Below are positions 33,672-41,731 of a stretch of 53,933 nucleotides of DNA, in pieces. Origin of the DNA: a virus (Duplodnaviria; Caudoviricetes); the IMG/VR virus record IMGVR_UViG_3300027973_000070, positions 1-53,933 of that record, one strand, 5' to 3'. The notes under the pieces were generated by a model. It saw only the letters and a program-made list of their open reading frames with translations, was not told the origin of the DNA and did not search any database. Made by a program: the position numbers and the translations under genes. The stretch's first letter is position 1. Each line of letters starts with the position of its first letter.

Positions 33672-33774
33672 TGGGTTCCTTTGTGGTTAAGCGCATATTA
33701 CACCCAAAAAAATAGTTGTGCAAGACAAAATTAAACGTGGTACACTTGAGCCAGTTTAATCCCAAAGTGAACCT
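33672..33774. promoter_or_regulatory. Divergent promoter region
   Basis: Leftward TTGCAC-N17-TAATAT; rightward GTGCAA-N17-TACACT with TGn; CAAAATTAAACG motif at 33726-33737. Confidence 0.65.
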
Positions 33775-33960
33775 ATGCACAACGAAATGCACGAACTCAT
33801 GCTGGAACGAATGCAAATGCTTGAAGAGGCTCTACAAAGGGCTGAGGCAGGCACTGCTAGTGGGGACGACTGGGACATCATCCGCAGTGAATGCGGGGTG
33901 TCCAAGCGGCCAATTGTGACTTTAGAAACTGTATCAATCAGGAGCGAATCATGGGACTAA
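33775..33960 (+). CDS. Hypothetical protein
   Basis: First ORF after the rightward promoter. Confidence 0.6.
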   Translation: MHNEMHELMLERMQMLEEALQRAEAGTASGDDWDIIRSECGVSKRPIVTLETVSIRSESWD

Positions 33961-34604
33961 TAGCGAAAAGTAGCGGCGGCGGTGGTGGATTTACCCCCGT
34001 CCCACCGGGGATGCATCTTGCACGATGCTACCGAGTCATCGACTTGGGAACTCAAAACTCAACCTTCCAAGGAGTGGTTACAAAAAAGCCAAAGTTGATG
34101 TTTCAATTTGAGGTGCATAGTGAGGACGATGCAGGCAATCCCCTTGTCACGGACAAGGGTGAGCCAATGTCTATCTCAAAGAACTTTAGCCTCTCGCTGG
34201 CCGAAAAGGCCACACTCCGCAAGGATTTGGAGACTTGGCGGGGGAGGGCGTTCACGGGGACAGAACTCAATGGCTTTCAACTCAAGAACGTGTTGGGCGT
34301 GTGGGCAATGATTTCGGTCATCAAAGCAATGGGCAATGACGGCAATGAGTACACCAACATTTCGGCCATCATGCCCGTGCCCCCCGCAATCAAAAGGGGT
34401 GGTATGCCCCAAGGTCACAACAATTTGAAGGAGTTCTCAATTGATGAGCCTGACATGGAGTTGTTCAGCACCTTCAGCAACACCCTGAAGGAGAAAATCC
34501 AAAAGTCGCCAGAGTGGCAGGCACGGGGTAATTCAAACGCCCCAGCGCCCGTTAAAGCCCCTTCTAGTGGCTTTGATGACATGGACGATTCAATTCCCTT
34601 TTGA
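33951..34604 (+). CDS. SSB-like replication protein with acidic tail
   Basis: AGGAG RBS; GMHLARCYRVIDLGTQ...SLAEKATLRKDLETWRG; ends DDMDDSIPF. Confidence 0.75.
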   Translation: MGLIAKSSGGGGGFTPVPPGMHLARCYRVIDLGTQNSTFQGVVTKKPKLMFQFEVHSEDDAGNPLVTDKGEPMSISKNFSLSLAEKATLRKDLETWRGRAFTGTELNGFQLKNVLGVWAMISVIKAMGNDGNEYTNISAIMPVPPAIKRGGMPQGHNNLKEFSIDEPDMELFSTFSNTLKEKIQKSPEWQARGNSNAPAPVKAPSSGFDDMDDSIPF

Positions 34605-34984
34605 CTATGAGGTTGATGCGTAACCAAAACGCGGCGCACATTGATTTCTTTCAGTTCAAGGGACTGATTGAGACCAATCCCAAGGCGACGCCTTGCGACA
34701 TTGACATGGTGTTTGAGCGCAAGTGCAAATTCTTTGTTGGTGAGTGGAAGCGGGAGGGTGAAAGCATCAGTCAAGGACAGGGGTTGCTGCTGCGCAATTT
34801 GGCAAGGCAACCCCAGTTCACCGTAGTCATCATCCAAGGCAACACGGACGGTGAGACGGTGGTGGAGAAGTTTGAGCAACTCTGCGTAGACGGGGTTTTT
34901 AGGTTGCGTGGGAAGTCTTTTGATGACCTCAAAAAATTTGTTACGCGGTGGTACAACTGGGCAAATGCCCAAGAATTTCAATAG
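34601..34984 (+). CDS. Hypothetical protein, possible PD-(D/E)xK fold
   Basis: PCDIDMV...FFVGEWK...S.GQ. Confidence 0.6.
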   Translation: MTMRLMRNQNAAHIDFFQFKGLIETNPKATPCDIDMVFERKCKFFVGEWKREGESISQGQGLLLRNLARQPQFTVVIIQGNTDGETVVEKFEQLCVDGVFRLRGKSFDDLKKFVTRWYNWANAQEFQ

Positions 34985-34992
34985 GAAAAATC

Positions 34993-35199
34993 ATGGCAAC
35001 TAGGATTTATATCGTCGGCTCTTTGGATGGCACTACGCGCCTTGTTCGCGCAGCCACGCCCCATCAGGCCATCAGTCATGCTGCGCACTCGCAGTTCACC
35101 GTTCGTGTACCAACGCAAGATGAACTGGTCACCGCCGTCAGCGAAGGCGTAACCGTGGAGAACTACAAAGACCAAATGGAATTGGGAGAAATGGTATGA
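34993..35199 (+). CDS. Hypothetical protein
   Basis: MATRIYIV...RLVRAATPHQA..H. Confidence 0.65.
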   Translation: MATRIYIVGSLDGTTRLVRAATPHQAISHAAHSQFTVRVPTQDELVTAVSEGVTVENYKDQMELGEMV

Positions 35200-35417
35200 A
35201 CACAGGAGGCCCAGCGTTTCCATTTTCGCCGTCTGATGACAGCACAATCAAGCCCCAACTTGGCATGACCCTGCGGGATTATTTTGCGGCCAAGGCGATG
35301 CAAGAAATTATTTCCAGCGATGGTGATTTTCTTGATGCTCGTTACAGTTCACCAGAAACTATTGCTAATGCGGCTTACCACATGGCAGACGCCATGCTGA
35401 ACGCGAGGGAATCATGA
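35196..35417 (+). CDS. Conserved phage protein
   Basis: GGPAFP...GMTLRDYFAAKAMQ...AY.MADAML. Confidence 0.8.
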   Translation: MNTGGPAFPFSPSDDSTIKPQLGMTLRDYFAAKAMQEIISSDGDFLDARYSSPETIANAAYHMADAMLNARES

Positions 35418-36184
35418 CTATCACAATCCCGGCAATACGAGCCAGTGAATCCAATCATTGGTACACCCGTGACGGCGTGCCACAGTACACCGTGGAGGCC
35501 AAGAAGGGCGGACAGCGCAACACTACCTTGCGTGATGCACGAACCATGAACTTGGTTCCAAGTGTCACTACAATTTTGAGTGTTGCGGCAAAACCCGCGT
35601 TGACAGCTTGGCTTCAACAACAGGTCTTGCTTGCTGCCCTCACGCTCCCGCGTCGAACAGACGAGCCTGAAAAGGAGTACGTCGACCGAATCATCAACGA
35701 CTCGAAAGAGCAAGGTCGGTCGGCGGCGGATGCTGGAACGGACATTCATGCAAGCATTCAAGGATACTATGAAGGAAGAAGCACAGGCAAACACCAAGAG
35801 AGTGTCCGCGCCTGCACATACGCAATCGACAGTTGGGTCGGACTACGAACATGGGTCAGCGAACGAGCCTTCGCTCACGAGGCAGGCTTTGGGGGAAAGT
35901 GCGACCTCTATTGTGAATCTGACGGAGGATTTGTGGCTGACATCAAAACCAAAGAGTTCACCGACCCCACAAAGGTCGATGGCTACGACGAGCATCTCAT
36001 GCAACTCTCAGCCTACCGAGTTGGCCTAGGCATTCCCAAGGCACGCTGTGCTAACGTCTTTGTCTCTCGTAGCGTTCCTGACCTTGTTGTGGTGCGCGAG
36101 TGGAGTCTTGAAGACCTTGACCGTGGTTGGGAGATGTTCGTGCATCTCCTGCAATTTTGGCAACTTAAAAACTCTCACAAATAA
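35414..36184 (+). CDS. PD-(D/E)xK (RecB/Cas4-like) exonuclease
   Basis: PSVTTIL, GTDIH, E..F...GFGGKCDL...DIKT, QLSAY. Confidence 0.8.
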   Translation: MTITIPAIRASESNHWYTRDGVPQYTVEAKKGGQRNTTLRDARTMNLVPSVTTILSVAAKPALTAWLQQQVLLAALTLPRRTDEPEKEYVDRIINDSKEQGRSAADAGTDIHASIQGYYEGRSTGKHQESVRACTYAIDSWVGLRTWVSERAFAHEAGFGGKCDLYCESDGGFVADIKTKEFTDPTKVDGYDEHLMQLSAYRVGLGIPKARCANVFVSRSVPDLVVVREWSLEDLDRGWEMFVHLLQFWQLKNSHK

Positions 36185-36193
36185 GGACTGAAA

Positions 36194-36415
36194 ATGTTGA
36201 GCGAAGAAACCATCAAGCAAATCTTCTTTCAGAGCGACCGTCCCCGCAAAGACCCCCTGATTGCGGATGAGGTAGACATCATTCAATTTGCTCACAACAT
36301 TGAGTTGTTTGTAGAGGTGGCATTTGCCAGAAGGGAACACGCCCGTTGCGTTGAGATTGTCAAACACATGAATTGCGCAGTTGGTGAGGCTTTAGAGAAC
36401 CAGAAACCGGGGTAA
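36194..36415 (+). CDS. Hypothetical protein
   Basis: AAGGA RBS; in operon. Confidence 0.55.
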   Translation: MLSEETIKQIFFQSDRPRKDPLIADEVDIIQFAHNIELFVEVAFARREHARCVEIVKHMNCAVGEALENQKPG

Positions 36416-36417
36416 TC

Positions 36418-36600
36418 ATGGACAGCCTCATCGTTCACTTGGCAAAACAATACGAAGAGGGAAGTCGAGACCCAGAGGCGGTTTTGGCTTTTGCTTGCAT
36501 GGAAGCCTACCAACAAGGGTTTGATGAGGGCGTAGAGCAGGGAGAAAAGCAGATGGCGCAAACTCATATGCTCTTGATGTGTACCGCTGGACACGCATAA
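36418..36600 (+). CDS. Hypothetical protein
   Basis: EAYQQGFDEG motif; last gene before the convergent terminator. Confidence 0.55.
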   Translation: MDSLIVHLAKQYEEGSRDPEAVLAFACMEAYQQGFDEGVEQGEKQMAQTHMLLMCTAGHA

Positions 36601-36650
36601 AAAAGCCCCCCGATTCAAGGGGGGCGAAAAGGAGAGTGGCAACTGCTCCT
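36599..36650 (-). terminator. Intrinsic terminator at the convergence of the two transcription units
   Basis: GCCCCCC-7nt-GGGGGGC stem with a T-tract on the minus strand, plus a second small hairpin. Confidence 0.75.
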
Positions 36651-36655
36651 ACAAA

Positions 36656-38494
36656 TTATTCTACTGGTTCTTTGGTAAGACGATTGTAAATATCACGCCC
36701 ACCCAAACCGATAAGTCCAGCCAAGCCAGCCTTGCGTGCAGCCCGCAACGGCTTGCCCACTGGGGGTACTAGCATCGCACCCGCAGAACCAGCCTGTAGA
36801 ACCTTTAAGACGCCTTCGCTGGTGTCTCCAGCCTTGAACCGCTCCATCGCCTCTTGGTAACTCATGACGCCAACCGCGCCAGCTAAAGCGCCCAAGCCTG
36901 CACGGCCAACAATTCTTCCAGTGTTTGCGGTGAATTTGCCAGCAGGGGTTGTCGGTTCTGGCGCACGACGCAGTTTTCGTTGAGCCAATTCGGCGTTTGT
37001 TTGTGCTTGGGTCACTGCACGTTGCAGTGGAGCCGTTGTCCTTCTTTGTTCAGCAAGGACGTTGTGCTGTTGCCCAGCTTGCGCACGCTCTTGCCGTATA
37101 CGTTCCAAATCAGCCTCGTAGGAAAGCCGTTGCTGTTCGAGTTGCTGGGCTTGAGCCTCTTGCTGGATGCGTCCCTGTTCGGTTCTATTTTGCAACTCAG
37201 CTTGGCTTGCTTGGGCTTGACGGTCTATGTCAGCTTGACGTTCTGCTACTGTGGTGGGGGGCAGTTGAAGTTGCACGCCGCCCTCGGTCGTTACCAACCC
37301 AAAATCACCAGCACCAAGCCGTTTGATTTTTTCTATGTTTGCAAGGTCTTGGTCAATTAAAGCCTTGCCACCAGTTGGGCTGTCTTTTGATTTCCCCGTA
37401 GCCACATCAAGAACGGCTTCAGGCAACTGATGTTTTTGCCCAGCCTCTTGAATCATCCAGTTTCTTGTGCCCGAATCACCCTCAACTTTTGGGCCACTCG
37501 CCCTGCCCTCTCGGATTACTTGCGGAAATGGCGACGATGGTGCAGGCGGCTCAATCACTGGAGCGGCCCTTGGCACTCCCCTCAAACGCTCTTGAGCCAG
37601 ACGCTGTTCGTTTTTGAGGCGCTCAAGTACATCTTGACTTTCCCTGTAAGCATCCTCAAGGTCGCCGGGGCGGTGGGCGCTGGCATTCTCTAAATTGCGG
37701 CGTGCCAATTCCAATTTATCTTGCGCAGAAAGATTTGCCTCTTCTGCTGAAGAGAGGATTGGCTTGGCAAACATGGGGCCAGCCAAATTGATGGCCGCAC
37801 CCATATAAGCTGCTTCTGCTGGTTGAATATCGTTGGCAAAATCCTTTGCCCGCTCAAGCAAGGTTTTGGGCGGTGGAGGAGGCTTGTTCTTATCCGCTTC
37901 CGCTTGGCGTAGAGCCTCTGCCTCTTGTTCTTTTTTAAGTTTGGCTGCTTCTGACTCGTAATTTGCAAAACGACTTGGTTGTTTTGTAGCGCCAATCAGG
38001 CCAGTCTCTGCGTCATCATCCAAATCAAAATTTTGAGAAACACGCAAAGCGTATTTGCGCGTTTCTGGACGCAAAGACATGATTGCTTCGTCTGGATTGG
38101 TGTCGTATTGCTTGATGAATTCAGCGTTTGCTTTTGGGCTGGCGTTATACATCGCCACGGCAATGCGCGGACTTTTGTATTTGGTCAACAAGTCTTTCAG
38201 AATGAAGACGCCGCCTTTGATGTTGCTGTCTTCATCATCAAGGTCAATGTCTGCATTTAAATTCTTGTTGTACAAACGAGCGGTGTCAGGCATTATTTGC
38301 ATAAGACCACGCGCTCCAGCAGGGGAGGTTGTAACTTTGTCACCGCTGAAGTGATTGAACTTTCCAGCGGTCTCCGCCTCCGCAATTGCAACAGCAAACG
38401 CTGGATTCACGCCTTGGCGCTCTGCCTCTACGGCAATCTTAATCACCACATCTTGCTGAGGTTTTGACAGTGCGGTAAATTTTTTCTCGTCCAT
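36656..38494 (-). CDS. Internal virion protein with N-terminal lytic transglycosylase (SLT) domain
   Basis: AIAEAET...SPAGARGLMQIMPDTA...NIKGG...AMYNA...ETRKY. Confidence 0.85.
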   Translation of the reverse strand: MDEKKFTALSKPQQDVVIKIAVEAERQGVNPAFAVAIAEAETAGKFNHFSGDKVTTSPAGARGLMQIMPDTARLYNKNLNADIDLDDEDSNIKGGVFILKDLLTKYKSPRIAVAMYNASPKANAEFIKQYDTNPDEAIMSLRPETRKYALRVSQNFDLDDDAETGLIGATKQPSRFANYESEAAKLKKEQEAEALRQAEADKNKPPPPPKTLLERAKDFANDIQPAEAAYMGAAINLAGPMFAKPILSSAEEANLSAQDKLELARRNLENASAHRPGDLEDAYRESQDVLERLKNEQRLAQERLRGVPRAAPVIEPPAPSSPFPQVIREGRASGPKVEGDSGTRNWMIQEAGQKHQLPEAVLDVATGKSKDSPTGGKALIDQDLANIEKIKRLGAGDFGLVTTEGGVQLQLPPTTVAERQADIDRQAQASQAELQNRTEQGRIQQEAQAQQLEQQRLSYEADLERIRQERAQAGQQHNVLAEQRRTTAPLQRAVTQAQTNAELAQRKLRRAPEPTTPAGKFTANTGRIVGRAGLGALAGAVGVMSYQEAMERFKAGDTSEGVLKVLQAGSAGAMLVPPVGKPLRAARKAGLAGLIGLGGRDIYNRLTKEPVE

Positions 38495-38497
38495 GCT

Positions 38498-40693
38498 TTA
38501 ACCTCCACGTGCTTTTTGCAGACGCCTTAATTTTTCTGAATAGGTTTCTTTCTTTTCAGTAATAATTTCGGTTGGCTTCACAACAGGAGCGGCTGGCCTT
38601 GGAGAAACAGCGGCGGCTTCTTGTTCTGCTCTCTGTAAGGCTGCAATCCTTTCGCTTTCTGCTATTACCGAAGATTTGTCAGGGGCGGCGACAGGGGCCG
38701 CAGGTGCTGGCCTTGAAGTGGCCGCAGGTGCAGGTTGCGGAGCAGGGGGAGCAGGTTGCGGAGCAGGCCTTGGAGGGGCCGCAGGAGGCGCAGAGGCCGC
38801 AGGGGCCGCAGGTGGTGCGGAAGCCGCTGGAGCCGCAGGAGCGGAAGCCGCTGGAGCAGGAGGTGGGGCCGCAGATGCCGCTGGGGGTTTCTTCTGAGAC
38901 AACAAATCCACGTTGTCTGCACGCACCCGGTCAAGCGTTTCCCTGTAGTCTGACTTGAGGGACTTGTAGTCATCGTCAACCATGAAGTCGTTGTAGGTAT
39001 AACCGGGCTTCTTGCTTTTTTGACTCCACAATTTGAAGCGGTCTTCGTCAAACATGCTTTGCAGCTTGAGTGCTTCTGACTTCAGAATCAATGCACGTTG
39101 GCTGTCTGTTGGCAAAGCGTAAATGGCTCCAAGAAGTTTTGTTTCGTAATCGGACATTGAACCTTCGCTTGGCGTCCTGTTCAACTGACGACCGCGAACT
39201 TGCAATTCCGCAAGTTTTTGCGCAAGCATTTGCAAAGCAGTCAAATCGTCCTTGGTCAGATTTGCTTCAGCAAGAGTTTTGGCAGGCAGATTGACGCTAA
39301 AGTTGCCAAAACTGATGCCCTCTTGCGCGGCGCGTGTAAGAGCGCCAAATACTCCGGGTTGGTTCATTGCCTGTGTAATTCTTGGGTTGCCTTTTGCGTA
39401 AGCAATTATGTCGTTTGAAGCGGTGATGTTTCCAAATGCCAACTCCGCCTGCGTTGCCAGCTTGATAGCTTTTTCCTCAGCACCTTTTGACCTTAATTTG
39501 GCTGTTTCTTCGTCCCCGGCTTGTTGAACGGCAATAGGCAATTTGCCTCGTGCAATGTCTATATCTCTTTGCACCTCAACTGCGGCTTTGCCAGTGGCAG
39601 CAGCAATTTCTGCTGCTACTTTCATATCTGACAGTTTTTGCGCTTGGGTTATTTCACCCGGCGCAAGCGCCAATTGCTCCGCAACTTTTTGGTCTGTTAC
39701 CAATTCTTGGGCGGTTTTTGCAATCAAGTTGTTGTAATCTACGTCGGAAATGTTTTTTCTTGTTCCATCTTTTCCAGCCAAGTTGCGAACCTGCTCTTGC
39801 TCTAACCAACCCTTGTCATCAAAATATTGAAGTAACGCTTTTTCGTTGCCAGTTTTGTTATATTCTTTTAACTTGGCTTGGTACTCAGCGTACTCTGCTA
39901 CGTCCATTGAACGCTTAGTGGTAAGACCGCGAGGGACGACATCGCGTTTATCTTGGCCTAATTTTTCTCGTTCAAAACCAAGCCTCTCGCGGTCGATGAG
40001 GTTTTTCTCATCGGCTTCTTGAGACCTACGCATTTCTTGCAAGAAAGGAAGTATTTTGGGGTAAGAGCGAGCCATCAGCAACACTTCATCGGTAACTTTT
40101 ATGCGCCCTTGAACGGCTGCATTCAACACTTGCTGGGGGTTCTGACCAGCAGGAACAGCAGCAGTAGGAGCGACCATAGGCGGCATTGTGCGACCAGCCT
40201 CGCCGGGAGCCTGCGTGATAGGAGCAGGAACACCAGCGGGAGCGGTTCTGCCCATCAGCTTGTTGACAAAGGCATCACCACCCAACTGCTGGCGTAATTC
40301 CATCTCTTTGCCCGCCAGTTCCATCTCCAATTTTTGGTTCTCTCTCTGGCGGAGCATTTCCTTCTCTGCCTCTACTCCAGCGTTTTCTGCGGCATACCCC
40401 AAGGACTCGCCAAACGAACCCGTCTTGGTGGGTTTTAAGAAGCCTGCGGCGGTCTGCATCAAGACAGGGTCAAACATCCTGTTCTTGCGGTCGTCCAATC
40501 CTGCGCGAAGACGCAAGAGAATATTGTTCATCGCCTCGCGCTGGTCGCTTAGGTCGTCAGTAACCGACTCTTTTAACCCAGTTGACTTGGTTATCTCTTC
40601 AATGTTTTCAGCTTGTTTTTCACCTGCGTCAAATTTACCCCCAACTTGCTGAGGTTTCATTTGGCTTAATGCGCCCTGTGCTGGAATTGCCAT
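38498..40693 (-). CDS. Putative internal virion (ejection) protein
   Basis: Helical; GFLKPTKTGSFGESLG; Ala/Pro repeat tail. Confidence 0.6.
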   Translation of the reverse strand: MAIPAQGALSQMKPQQVGGKFDAGEKQAENIEEITKSTGLKESVTDDLSDQREAMNNILLRLRAGLDDRKNRMFDPVLMQTAAGFLKPTKTGSFGESLGYAAENAGVEAEKEMLRQRENQKLEMELAGKEMELRQQLGGDAFVNKLMGRTAPAGVPAPITQAPGEAGRTMPPMVAPTAAVPAGQNPQQVLNAAVQGRIKVTDEVLLMARSYPKILPFLQEMRRSQEADEKNLIDRERLGFEREKLGQDKRDVVPRGLTTKRSMDVAEYAEYQAKLKEYNKTGNEKALLQYFDDKGWLEQEQVRNLAGKDGTRKNISDVDYNNLIAKTAQELVTDQKVAEQLALAPGEITQAQKLSDMKVAAEIAAATGKAAVEVQRDIDIARGKLPIAVQQAGDEETAKLRSKGAEEKAIKLATQAELAFGNITASNDIIAYAKGNPRITQAMNQPGVFGALTRAAQEGISFGNFSVNLPAKTLAEANLTKDDLTALQMLAQKLAELQVRGRQLNRTPSEGSMSDYETKLLGAIYALPTDSQRALILKSEALKLQSMFDEDRFKLWSQKSKKPGYTYNDFMVDDDYKSLKSDYRETLDRVRADNVDLLSQKKPPAASAAPPPAPAASAPAAPAASAPPAAPAASAPPAAPPRPAPQPAPPAPQPAPAATSRPAPAAPVAAPDKSSVIAESERIAALQRAEQEAAAVSPRPAAPVVKPTEIITEKKETYSEKLRRLQKARGG
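38670..38885 (-). repeat. Ala/Pro coding tandem repeats (AASAPP, PAPQ)
   Basis: Visible GC-rich low-complexity repeats. Confidence 0.75.
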
Positions 40694-40696
40694 TTT

Positions 40697-41731
40697 TTAC
40701 CCCACTAAGTAGCCATCGACATCGTAAAAATTTCCGTTGCCGTCGTGATATTCTGAGCCAGAAGGAGCCATGCCGCCATCGGCAAGACGTACACCGCCAC
40801 CCGATTTAAAAGTGCTTGTTTTTACTGGAGTAGCTGGTGTTCCTGACTTCTTGGCGTTTTCTGTTAATGCCTTGTAATACTCGGTTTCAGCATCCGTTTT
40901 AGCAGTGTTGGGGAACAACGAAGCAAACATAGTACCCAAGCCAGCAATCTGTGACAACGGACTGCCTGAATATGCTGTGCCAGTTTCTGTGCCAGTCGTC
41001 TGCGTAGTCCTGCCCATAGGCATTTGGTAGCCTTGGAGCAACTTGGCAAACTGCTGGGTTTGTGCCATTGGGTAGTCGAGCAGCTTCTGGCCTTGCGCCT
41101 GTTGTTGAGAGCCGTAGTCGGACATGGTCTTCAGACCAGCCAGCCCTAAACCCTGCTGGGCTTGGCCCAAGTTCTCAAACCCCTGCCCAGCCTGTAGGGC
41201 GCGAGTCAGGTCTGCCTGAGCCTGACTTCCTGCGGTTGTGTAGCCTTGCTGAAGCGCCTGCATCTGCTTGCCCAGCAAGTCAGCTTGGATGTCGCGCAAA
41301 GAGTTTCCAGTAATCTGAGACTGACGACGAGAACCAAACTGACCAGAGCCAATAGCCGCCGCGCCAAGGTTGGGCAGGATGTTTTCTTGGACATTGCGCT
41401 CAGTCAGGCGACCCATCTCATCCACCACACTTGAGGTGTAGGGGTTCATGTAGTCAGCAATGACATCAGGAACCGTTGTAGCGCCCGCCTCGCCCAGCAA
41501 TTGGGACGCTGCACCCATAGACCCCGCGCCAGCAAACGCAACGTCTGGGGCCATCTGGAAGGCTTGCTGCTGCAAAGGGCTGAAGCCAGCAATACCGCCC
41601 TGCTGGACAGCGTTCTGGCCTAAATTGGCAATGTCTTGCAGGTAGTTCGTGTAAAACTCTGGAGCCGACTGTTGGTCTTCCGTCGTCTTGGTAATCGGGG
41701 GCAGTGGGTCACCCTGAAATAAGCCAGCCAT
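40697..41731 (-). CDS. Putative DNA ejection/pilot protein
   Basis: IAGFSPLQQQA, YMNPY..VVD, GQFGSRR; Gln/Gly-rich. Confidence 0.65.
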   Translation of the reverse strand: MAGLFQGDPLPPITKTTEDQQSAPEFYTNYLQDIANLGQNAVQQGGIAGFSPLQQQAFQMAPDVAFAGAGSMGAASQLLGEAGATTVPDVIADYMNPYTSSVVDEMGRLTERNVQENILPNLGAAAIGSGQFGSRRQSQITGNSLRDIQADLLGKQMQALQQGYTTAGSQAQADLTRALQAGQGFENLGQAQQGLGLAGLKTMSDYGSQQQAQGQKLLDYPMAQTQQFAKLLQGYQMPMGRTTQTTGTETGTAYSGSPLSQIAGLGTMFASLFPNTAKTDAETEYYKALTENAKKSGTPATPVKTSTFKSGGGVRLADGGMAPSGSEYHDGNGNFYDVDGYLVG

